Positions 33,964 to 42,070 of a stretch of 54,863 nt of DNA are shown here, one piece after another. The notes under the pieces were generated by a model. The model ran no database searches. It was not told the origin of the DNA and was given only the letters and a program-made list of their open reading frames with translations. Numbering within the stretch: position 1 is the stretch's first letter; every line of letters begins with the position of its first letter. The stretch spans positions 1-54,863 of the forward strand of contig DJKT01000024.1 of the NCBI GenBank assembly GCA_002436205.1, read 5' to 3'. The DNA is from Candidatus Peribacter sp. UBA6535 (lineage in GTDB: Bacteria > Patescibacteriota > Gracilibacteria > Peribacterales > Peribacteraceae). The translations under genes and the position numbers were made by a program.

Positions 33964-34944
33964 ATGCCAAAGATTGTTTTTCTCCAGGTGGATAGCGAAG
34001 ATCAACCACTCGTAAAAGAGCGGTTTGGTGACGCAGATATCATAGAAGGAATTCCTGATGACATTGCAGGTGCTTGCAGCGATGCAGAGATTGTTTCGAT
34101 CTTCATTGGTATTGATATGAATGCGGATCTTCTTGCTAGATTGCCGAATCTTAAACTCCTGTGTACACGAAGTGTGGGGTTCAATCACATAGACTTGGAA
34201 TACTGTGCCAAGAAAGGCATCACGGTGTGTCATGTTCCCGATTACGGATCGCATGTGATTGCAGAGCATGTGTTTGCACTACTTCTTTCTACCCTACGTC
34301 ATATTCCGGAAGCTGATAAGAAGGTAGAGAGTGGAGACTTTGATTATCATGGACTGCGTGGAGTTTCCTTGCGGGGAAAGACGTTGGGGATTGTAGGAAC
34401 CGGAAAGATTGGTGCAAAAGCTGCACAGATTGCCGGTGGATTTGGTATGCGGATCTTGGCGGTAGATCGCTGTCGAACTGTAGAGCTGGAGGATTTGTTG
34501 CATGTAAAATACACCGAACTCGATGAGCTTCTTTCCGAGAGCGACATCATTACGTTACATCTACCTGCGGTAGAAGAGACACATCATATGATCGATAGCG
34601 TCGCATTTGCCAAGATGAAAGATGGGGTATGCCTGGTAAACACTGCTCGTGGAGAGCTGATTGATTCTGATGCACTGCTGGATGCCTTAAATTCCGGCAA
34701 AGTACAGTACGCACTTTTAGATGTATTGGAACACGAGCATAATTTTGAGGAGAATAAAGAGTTGATCAAACATCCTAGTGTTGTTTCTACTCCACATATC
34801 GCGTTTTATGCAGAAGAAAGTATGCATAACATGTATGAAGATGCGTTTACATCTATTGATGAGTACTTGCGCGGCGATGAGCCGGAGCACATTGTGCATC
34901 CACCAACGGTGGTGTGTGACTTACCGGGAGTACAGAAGAGCTAG
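33964..34944 (+). CDS. D-isomer-specific 2-hydroxyacid dehydrogenase (D-lactate dehydrogenase-like)
   Basis: RSVGFNHID, GIVGTGKIG, NTARG, LDV.E.E, TPHIAFY. Confidence 0.92.
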   Translation: MPKIVFLQVDSEDQPLVKERFGDADIIEGIPDDIAGACSDAEIVSIFIGIDMNADLLARLPNLKLLCTRSVGFNHIDLEYCAKKGITVCHVPDYGSHVIAEHVFALLLSTLRHIPEADKKVESGDFDYHGLRGVSLRGKTLGIVGTGKIGAKAAQIAGGFGMRILAVDRCRTVELEDLLHVKYTELDELLSESDIITLHLPAVEETHHMIDSVAFAKMKDGVCLVNTARGELIDSDALLDALNSGKVQYALLDVLEHEHNFEENKELIKHPSVVSTPHIAFYAEESMHNMYEDAFTSIDEYLRGDEPEHIVHPPTVVCDLPGVQKS

Positions 34945-35550
34945 TGTTGCGAGAATGATGGGTTGGTGTAACACATAGATGAGCAGAGCGTGACGGCCGG
35001 GGAGAGTGATAAGTGATAAGTGATAAGTAATGGGTAATCTTAGATTGTTTCGTATGTAGAGATAGTATCCAATTCCTGATCCAATCATCATTAATCCTAT
35101 CCAGGGAATGATTGGATAGTAATCCAGAGTAGGGAGTGGGGCTGGGATTTGAGGAATTAGTGTAAGGATCGCGATTCCGATTAGAATATTTAATTCTCTC
35201 AGTTTCTTTAGGGGAATCAAAAGCAGCATCCCGAGCCCAATGCAGTGGAGGATGCCGAAGTAGATGAACGTTGTAGGATCATAAAGATAGGTAGTGATCG
35301 AAATCAGCACAGCGCATGCAAGAACAATCAATGCACGTCTTAAGGGCTTGCTCGAAAAGTTTGTTGCGATACCAGAAAGTATCAAAAATAGTGATGCAGT
35401 AATTATCCTGAATGTTTGCCAACTCTCTCCCCACAAATTAATGTGCCAATCGTAAAATGTGTAGAGGTCGTACGCTGTGTGGTAGATGACCATCAAGATG
35501 ATGGCGACAGTTCGCAGGAGATCTATTTCGGTGATGCGTCCTTTGGCCAT
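34921..35550 (-). CDS. DUF1624 / heparan-alpha-glucosaminide N-acetyltransferase-like membrane protein
   Basis: RI.EID.LR..AI.LM..YH, FGILH.IG, DYYP..PW, GRHAL.IY..HQP. Confidence 0.85.
   Translation of the reverse strand: MAKGRITEIDLLRTVAIILMVIYHTAYDLYTFYDWHINLWGESWQTFRIITASLFLILSGIATNFSSKPLRRALIVLACAVLISITTYLYDPTTFIYFGILHCIGLGMLLLIPLKKLRELNILIGIAILTLIPQIPAPLPTLDYYPIIPWIGLMMIGSGIGYYLYIRNNLRLPITYHLSLITLPGRHALLIYVLHQPIILATLALLYSR
35005..35039. repeat. Heptamer tract in-frame in the DUF1624 gene
   Basis: agtgata x3, agtaatg, ggtaatc; encodes LPITYHLSLIT. Confidence 0.8.
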
Positions 35551-35939
35551 AGCATGATTGTACTGACAATCAGCAAGAACATCACTATTACTCTAAGAAG
35601 AGGCAAGAAAGGAGCCATGAATGTCAGGCTCAGGCTAATGCCAAATAGAGAAATAGGAATCAGCAAACATGCAGGGCACAGGAGCGTAAAGACACCAAGA
35701 CTTCCTGCGATAGTCGATGCACGTTTTGCACCGAGTGGGCAGGTGCCAAGTTTGATACGGTAGAAGACGAGCCCCGCATCAAAAGAGAGTAGAGCAACCA
35801 ATACTACGGTGTAGATTAATTCAAATTGTGTGGGTTTAGGTCGTGGAAGCATATTAATCTCCCAAGCAAAAAATGCACTCAGGAGTACTGCGGATAGTAT
35901 CAACGGGCGCCAGAAGTTTTTGGAATGCAGGAATGTCAT
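35523..35939 (-). CDS. Hypothetical membrane protein with CPLG and CPAC motifs
   Basis: ATG 35939 (MTFLHSK...), about 4 TM segments. Confidence 0.6.
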   Translation of the reverse strand: MTFLHSKNFWRPLILSAVLLSAFFAWEINMLPRPKPTQFELIYTVVLVALLSFDAGLVFYRIKLGTCPLGAKRASTIAGSLGVFTLLCPACLLIPISLFGISLSLTFMAPFLPLLRVIVMFLLIVSTIMLWPKDASPK

Positions 35940-35943
35940 GAGC

Positions 35944-36168
35944 CTATGATGCTTTGTGGTTGCAGAAAGGGCAACCGGTACATTCGTTCTTTGAGCAGTC
36001 GTTTTCCCCGTTGCATTGTGTTTTTTCACACAGAGCTTGCGCAGGGCAGAAATAACTCTTTGCAGAAGCCAGTTCACCGTTTTTATTCAGATAAACAGTA
36101 TACCCAATGGTCATGACGATAATGGCCAAAGAGACGGTAAACCACGGTGACTTAAGGGCTTTTCTCAT
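35944..36168 (-). CDS. Small membrane-anchored Cys-rich protein
   Basis: ATG 36168, one TM, then 7 Cys in ~30 aa ending C..CPFC. Confidence 0.6.
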   Translation of the reverse strand: MRKALKSPWFTVSLAIIVMTIGYTVYLNKNGELASAKSYFCPAQALCEKTQCNGENDCSKNECTGCPFCNHKAS

Positions 36169-36218
36169 CCTCTCTATTATAGCATAAAATTCGATTAGTG
36201 TAATACGTCTTGTAGTGC

Positions 36219-39200
36219 CTATTTTCGCTTTTTCCTTCGCATCCAACTAAGCCCCGCAGCAGCACCTGCCCCAATTACAGCGATAGCGGCAGGACCGGTA
36301 TCACCTACGGGTCCTTGAGTTGCAATAAGTGGTTGTAGCTGCGCTAGTGGTAGCTGATACGGAAGTTGTCCAAAATTTGGATACTGAGGGAAGCCGTATT
36401 GAGTTGGTAGCTGGTAGCTGGTAGTTGTTAGTTGAGGCAATGCTAATTCAGATGAAATATCCGCAGCTACTTCTGTTACTTCTGAGCCATCTGCACCTTC
36501 CTCTCTACAGAAGCGATCACATCCATCTCCGCTAAGGCGATTCCCATCATCGCAGATTTCAGTGGAGTCTAAGACGCTGTCACCACAGCGACTTACAGAG
36601 CAATTTGGGCGACAGTGTGCATCTGGAGAAGTGGAATTTTGGTTTCCATCATCACACTCTTCGCCTGGGTCTTTTGTTCCATCTCCACAGCTCAGTGAGA
36701 GGAAGTGACACTTGCTACATTGGTAGGGAAGCGAGGAGTCGTGTGTGGCGTTTTCACATTGTTCTCCAAGCAAGCTTTGTACAATGCCATCTCCACAAAT
36801 ACCAATCTCAAGCAGGCAGGTGGAGTTGCAGCCATCGTTATCTCTGCGGTTGCTATCGTCGCATTCTTCCGATATTTCCAGCGTGCCGTTTCCGCATACA
36901 GAAGCTGCTGCTACGAGTGTTGCTTCTATAACATCCTCTTCGTATTCAGTATTATTACTTTGTATTCCTTCTATAAGAGCAAGGAAGTCTTCTGAAGATG
37001 TTTGTGCAAAGATGGTACTGCGTGCAGAGGATGAGAGTTGAATCATCGGTGCAGAAGAAGAGCTACTGGAAGTCTTTGGCTTGAGAGGGCAGGTGCATGT
37101 TTGAATATCACATATGCGTAATGCGCTTACACACTCTATTGCAGCTTCGCATTCTTCATCTCCCTCGATGATTCCATTTTGACAAATAGCATCGATGTGT
37201 AGACAGTCTGTATCAGAAACACAGGAAATGCTTCCAGGACCTGGTAATATTTTGCAAGCGTAATTGATACATGCTGCATGTTTTCCACAGTCAAGTTGAG
37301 GGTGACATTGATGAGCCCCGGGACCCGTAATTTGCTGGCACGCATTGTTATTGCATTCAAGGTGAGATTCCACTCCACATCCAAGGGAGAGTACACATTG
37401 ATTTCGCCCTGCGCCTGGTACAAGTTCACATTTGTTTCCATTGCATTCAGCGTGCGAAGGACCTGAAATGCTGCTTTCGGAAGAATCTGTAGAAGATCTT
37501 GAGAGATTTCCCTCATCAGAAGATGAGCTGCTTGATGAGCTCGATTGAGATTGATTTTTCTCTTTGCATGCACTGTCACATTCATTGGTTTCGGAAGCCT
37601 TACACGAACCTTGGTTACTTGGGAAAGCGGGGTTCCATATACAGGTGTCTTTCCATCGAGTTACATCAGGATCAAGCACTGCGCAAAGTGACCCATCTGT
37701 GCAACGCATCTCACCACTGTCGCACTCTTCTCCACTATCAATGATGCCATCTCCACAACGCATAGGCTTACAATCGGTACGGCAGGTTGCATTGGGAACA
37801 TCAGAATTTTGATCTCCTAAGTCACAGACCTCATCATCCATTGTTCTATGCCTGTCATCCATTCCTTTAGAATAAATGTTGCCATCTCCACAGTAGTCTC
37901 CGGTGCAACTTAGTCTGCAGAGTACGCCGATACCATCTGCATTTACTGTAATACAATTTGGCGTATCAATGGATCCGCAATCACATTCCTCACCGTGATC
38001 TGTTTCTATCTGTCCATTTCCACAGGTTCCAGGAGTACAATCTTTTCGGCAGGCTGCCTCTGTGTCATCAGAATTATTAATGCCCTCATCACAAATTTCA
38101 GATCCTTCTCGTACTCCATTTCCACATTCTGGATTTGCAGATGAAGAGCTTCCTCCTCCTGTGTCGCAAGGGGCACATGACTTTTCTCCGTCGATTACGA
38201 CGCAGCAGTTATCATTTCCAGAGCAATCATTATCAATGGCACATGTTTTATTAGAGGTATTATTGCATTCAGCATTGCAAGAGGGGTCATCTGAGATCCA
38301 TTCGCAGGAATGGGCGACTTCACAGTTTAGTGTGTCTTGATCGGTACATGGCTTATTTGTGTTATTGCAGAATCCATTTACACATTGTCCTTTCTCCAAA
38401 CAATCTCGGTTTGTTTCGGTGTATCGTTCATTATTATTTGGGTCACATAGTATCGATTTATTTTGTTCACAGGCTCCATGCTTTTCTTTTGGTTCACATT
38501 CCTCGCCACATTCTAGGATGCTATTTAGACATTCAGGCTTTGTACAAGAAGAGGTGCACGAACCATTACATCGAACTGCACATGTGGACCCATCTCTACA
38601 GTTTTGATCTGAGTAACACCTATCTCCATTTGCACAAGTTGTTCCGTTATCACATTCTTCATTGGCATATGGCGTAATGAAACCATCTCCACAGACTGGC
38701 CTTTTGCATTCAGGAGTACAGTTTTCATCTATGCCTCTGTCGCACTCTTCCGGAGGAACTATAGTACCGTCTCCACAACCTCTTGCTACACATGCGCACA
38801 AATCGTTGTCACAAATGCTTTGCAGGTTATTAATTCCTGTGTCTAGGCAAGAAAGACTTGGTTCTCCACATTGCTCTCCATGATTTACATCTGCAATGCC
38901 ATCACCACATTTAGGAAGCGTGCAATTTGTTCTGCATTCTGCATCTGGTTCATCGGAGTTATTGTCCCCTTTGTCACATTCTTCATCCTGCCTCTTTTTG
39001 CTTTTGTCATAATATTGTTCTGTTATTTCATTTCCACAACGTTTCACTTTGCATTCACCTGTACAGTATCCTTCTGGATCCGGCTCGTATCTTATTAAGC
39101 AGTCTTGTACTCCTTCTGGACAGGGGATACCTCTATAGGAATCCACTCTCCAGTCACATTCTTCTTCGATGGTTACACGTCCTGGAACTACAATAATTGG

Positions 39201-40097
39201 CTCTACTAAACCATTTCCACAGTATTCTCTTTTGCATTCGGCACTGCATCCATCTCCACCCAATGCATTTCCATCATCACACTCTTCTCCTATCCAATGG
39301 AGTATTGCAACTCCCTCAGACCATCCACCATCTAGTATTCCATCTCCACACTTTTCTTCTGTGCAATCATTCCTGCATCCGTCCCATTTTTTTGTATTGC
39401 CATCGTCACACTTCTCGTTTCCTTCTTTTTTCCCATTGCCACATTCCGATTGCCCACCTCCAGTTTCACCACCATCATCTCCTCCTCCGTTACTTCCGCA
39501 GCAAAAGTTCCAGCCAGATCGTGGGCCAGCAAAACATTCAGTTAGTGTTCTCTCGTCTATTTCGCGTACATAGCAACCTTCGTTAGTGGACTGACATTTA
39601 TCGCAAAGTTGCTGAGTACAGGCATCACATGCATCAGTGTTATTTGGTTCAGAGGAACTCTGTGTCGATGAACGTGGTTCAGAGGAACCTTGTGCTGATG
39701 AAACTTGTTCAGAAGAAACTTGCTCAGAAGAATCTTGTGACGATATTGAGGCTAAGGAAGACTCTGGGTCTGGCCCCGGCCCCGGCCCTGGGTCTGGTCC
39801 TGGTCCCGGTCCTGGCCCACCGTTACAATTTGGGTCTGGAAGTGGAATGTGAACACATGACCCCACTGTTACACTTACTGTGCAGTAATCTGCTGTACAC
39901 AAGTCTCCATCATCACAATTTGCAACGCTAATGACATCTCCAGGGCAGCAATCTCCGGTAATAAATTCACATCCCGGTGTCGCACTCCAATTAGTTTCCC
40001 CCGGATCTCCCACTTGTCCATACTGAGAAATGCTTACTGTGGATATTATTCCTACAAGAATTATAAGGATGCCGGTTCTTCCTAGTGTTTTTTGCAT
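36219..40097 (-). CDS. Large Cys-rich surface protein with Myxococcus-type (DUF4215) repeats and C-terminal sorting-like signal
   Basis: Many CG[ND]G....EECD.GN....DGC...C repeats, PG and Ser-rich linkers, C-terminal VGDTGP + TM + RRKKRK. Confidence 0.9.
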   Translation of the reverse strand: MQKTLGRTGILIILVGIISTVSISQYGQVGDPGETNWSATPGCEFITGDCCPGDVISVANCDDGDLCTADYCTVSVTVGSCVHIPLPDPNCNGGPGPGPGPDPGPGPGPDPESSLASISSQDSSEQVSSEQVSSAQGSSEPRSSTQSSSEPNNTDACDACTQQLCDKCQSTNEGCYVREIDERTLTECFAGPRSGWNFCCGSNGGGDDGGETGGGQSECGNGKKEGNEKCDDGNTKKWDGCRNDCTEEKCGDGILDGGWSEGVAILHWIGEECDDGNALGGDGCSAECKREYCGNGLVEPIIVVPGRVTIEEECDWRVDSYRGIPCPEGVQDCLIRYEPDPEGYCTGECKVKRCGNEITEQYYDKSKKRQDEECDKGDNNSDEPDAECRTNCTLPKCGDGIADVNHGEQCGEPSLSCLDTGINNLQSICDNDLCACVARGCGDGTIVPPEECDRGIDENCTPECKRPVCGDGFITPYANEECDNGTTCANGDRCYSDQNCRDGSTCAVRCNGSCTSSCTKPECLNSILECGEECEPKEKHGACEQNKSILCDPNNNERYTETNRDCLEKGQCVNGFCNNTNKPCTDQDTLNCEVAHSCEWISDDPSCNAECNNTSNKTCAIDNDCSGNDNCCVVIDGEKSCAPCDTGGGSSSSANPECGNGVREGSEICDEGINNSDDTEAACRKDCTPGTCGNGQIETDHGEECDCGSIDTPNCITVNADGIGVLCRLSCTGDYCGDGNIYSKGMDDRHRTMDDEVCDLGDQNSDVPNATCRTDCKPMRCGDGIIDSGEECDSGEMRCTDGSLCAVLDPDVTRWKDTCIWNPAFPSNQGSCKASETNECDSACKEKNQSQSSSSSSSSSDEGNLSRSSTDSSESSISGPSHAECNGNKCELVPGAGRNQCVLSLGCGVESHLECNNNACQQITGPGAHQCHPQLDCGKHAACINYACKILPGPGSISCVSDTDCLHIDAICQNGIIEGDEECEAAIECVSALRICDIQTCTCPLKPKTSSSSSSAPMIQLSSSARSTIFAQTSSEDFLALIEGIQSNNTEYEEDVIEATLVAAASVCGNGTLEISEECDDSNRRDNDGCNSTCLLEIGICGDGIVQSLLGEQCENATHDSSLPYQCSKCHFLSLSCGDGTKDPGEECDDGNQNSTSPDAHCRPNCSVSRCGDSVLDSTEICDDGNRLSGDGCDRFCREEGADGSEVTEVAADISSELALPQLTTTSYQLPTQYGFPQYPNFGQLPYQLPLAQLQPLIATQGPVGDTGPAAIAVIGAGAAAGLSWMRRKKRK
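36401..36435. repeat. Heptamer tract in-frame in the DUF4215 gene
   Basis: gagttgg tagctgg tagctgg tagttgt tagttga; encodes QLTTTSYQLPT. Confidence 0.8.
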
Positions 40098-40160
40098 GAA
40101 ATTGTGTGAATTCTATCAAAGTACTATCAATAAACCGCTTGCCAATTACAAAAAACCTCG

Positions 40161-40215
40161 CCTGCCTGCCTGCCGGCAGGCATACGCGGGGTCTTCCTGC
40201 CTGCCGGCAGGCAGG
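40161..40215. repeat. Two copies of the CCTGCCTGCCGGCAGGCAGG palindrome at the rplL terminator region
   Basis: 40165-40182 (18/20) inside the AAAAAACCTCGC...GCGGGGTCTT hairpin; perfect copy at 40196-40215. Confidence 0.88.
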
Positions 40216-40235
40216 GATTGCGATCGAAGTTGACC

Positions 40236-40643
40236 TTATTTGAGGGTTACCGTTGCACCGGCATCCTCAAGCTTTTTCTTCATCTCCTCAGCTTCGTCTT
40301 TTGGAACACCTTCCTTAATTACCTTTGGTGCACCGTCGACAGCTGCCTTAGCTTCGCCAAGAGGGAGACCTGTGATCTCACGCACTGCCTTAATAGCAGC
40401 GATTTTCTGATCACCGGCACCTGTGAGCTCTACGTCGTAGTTACTCTTTTCTTCTGCACCGCCTGCGTCACCGCCAGCTGGTGCCCCTGCTGCCACCGCG
40501 ACTGGTGCAGCTGCAGAGATGCCGTACTCTTCCTCCATGAATTTTACGACGTTGTTGAGTTGTACAACGTTGAGCTTCTCGACTGCGTCGATAACAGTTT
40601 TCTCCTCTTTGGAGAGTTCTACAGTAGTTGTGTCATCAGCCAT
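40236..40643 (-). CDS. rplL: 50S ribosomal protein L7/L12
   Basis: [31 protein letters not shown]...K.EAE..K..LE.AGA.V.LK. Confidence 0.97.
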   Translation of the reverse strand: MADDTTTVELSKEEKTVIDAVEKLNVVQLNNVVKFMEEEYGISAAAPVAVAAGAPAGGDAGGAEEKSNYDVELTGAGDQKIAAIKAVREITGLPLGEAKAAVDGAPKVIKEGVPKDEAEEMKKKLEDAGATVTLK

Positions 40644-40674
40644 GATGGATTAGGGGAAAATAAATAAAGCGAAA

Positions 40675-41310
40675 TTAAGAATCGGATTCTTCCGATGGAG
40701 CCTCTGGGGCAGCATCAGGTTTTGGTTCTTCGGTTGGAGCTTCTTCTGCGGGCTTCTCTTCTACTGCTGGAGTTTCATCTTTTACAAATCCTCCTTTATC
40801 TGCCATCTGGTCAAGAGCGCGTGCAAATCCTCCAAGTGGACTGCTGCAAATACCGGCAAAACTTACCAGTGGTGAACGAAGCATGGAAGCAAACATACCA
40901 AGCAACTGCTCGCGGCCAGGCATCTTTGCAAGTTCCATAGATTCTTCTGCCGTGAGGAGCTTTCCATCGAACACACCACCGACGAGTGTTACTTTGTCGT
41001 GATCTTTACTAAACTTAAATGCGGTCTGTGCTCCGGAGAGTGGATCTTCAAAGCTCATGATGCAGGCAACTGCACCATCCATTTCTTTTGGTTCAATATC
41101 CGGGTATCCAGCCTCTTTAAAGGCGAGCTTCATCAGAGTTTTCTTTGCCACCTTCATCTCTGCGCCGTTTGCACGGAGCTGATTACGGAAATCGCTGACA
41201 TCACCAACACTAAGGCCTATATAATGACTAAACATCACAGACTGTGCGTCTTTAAGTTTGGTTGCAAGTGCTTGTACTTGTGCAGTCTTTTGATCCTTGG
41301 TGAGTGCCAT
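40675..41310 (-). CDS. rplJ: 50S ribosomal protein L10
   Basis: Y.GL.V....R..LR...V.KKTL, LAK.P.REQL; upstream of rplL. Confidence 0.95.
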   Translation of the reverse strand: MALTKDQKTAQVQALATKLKDAQSVMFSHYIGLSVGDVSDFRNQLRANGAEMKVAKKTLMKLAFKEAGYPDIEPKEMDGAVACIMSFEDPLSGAQTAFKFSKDHDKVTLVGGVFDGKLLTAEESMELAKMPGREQLLGMFASMLRSPLVSFAGICSSPLGGFARALDQMADKGGFVKDETPAVEEKPAEEAPTEEPKPDAAPEAPSEESDS

Positions 41311-41328
41311 AATACTAACTTAAGAGTT

Positions 41329-41465
41329 AAAAAAAAGTCTCCAGGATGACCGGGAGACCAGCGAGGTACACGACACGACTCAGCAAGCGTAAGCCGACTG
41401 AACGATGCTGTATACCTCGGAGGGTCTAATTTGGGGCCATCAGCCTTGCGCCCTCGGTCTTCGGT
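41329..41465 (-). promoter_or_regulatory. Ribosomal protein L10 leader with terminator
   Basis: Minus strand CCGAAGACCGAGGG...CCCTCCGAGGT motif, then hairpin GTCTCC...GGAGAC plus T8 directly before rplJ. Confidence 0.85.
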
Positions 41466-41527
41466 CGATAAGGATTTTAGGGTAAACTTTTGTTTTAGCA
41501 AGTAAATACGTATAGATTTTTAGCACT

Positions 41528-41971
41528 ATGCGCATCGTTCTCCAAAAAGTCACCGAAGCCTCTGTCACTGTTAATGGTGAAGTAGTCGGTCAGATCGATA
41601 GGGGATATCTTCTCTTTCTTGGAATTATTCGAGGAGATACATCTGCCCAGGCTGAACTTTTGGCTGAAAAAATCGTAAAACTTCGCTTATTTGATTCTAA
41701 AGAAGGAAAAATCAATGATCAGTCTATTCTTGATATCAATGGAAATATTCTTGTTGTTTCGCAGTTTACGTTGGCTGGAAGGCTGGAAAAGGGCAATAGG
41801 CCAGATTTTACCCCTGCAGCACCTCCTGAGGATGCAAAAGTCCTGTATGAATACTTTATCAGAAAGCTTGAAGCGCTTGGGGTACAGACCGTGGAATCGG
41901 GTGAATTTGGTGCGTATATGGACGTAGCGCTTCGAAATGACGGACCTGTCACGTTGATTCTCGAACGCTAA
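41528..41971 (+). CDS. dtd: D-aminoacyl-tRNA deacylase
   Basis: MRIVLQ.V..ASV, LRLF, VSQFTL, KGNRP.F, GEFGA.M.V...NDGPVT. Confidence 0.96.
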   Translation: MRIVLQKVTEASVTVNGEVVGQIDRGYLLFLGIIRGDTSAQAELLAEKIVKLRLFDSKEGKINDQSILDINGNILVVSQFTLAGRLEKGNRPDFTPAAPPEDAKVLYEYFIRKLEALGVQTVESGEFGAYMDVALRNDGPVTLILER

Positions 41972-42070
41972 TCTTTCGCTGAAACTGGCTAAAAGTGGCT
42001 TACTTAGGCCAAAAAATGTGAACGATAACTCTAGTCAGAGCGTTGCAGCCTCCTTAAAATAGATTTCCTT

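Noticed and set aside
39645-39820. Short tandem DNA repeats (CCTGGT/CCCGGC and 15-bp units)
   Set aside because: Explained by Pro-Gly and SSEQV linker repeats of the Cys-rich surface protein
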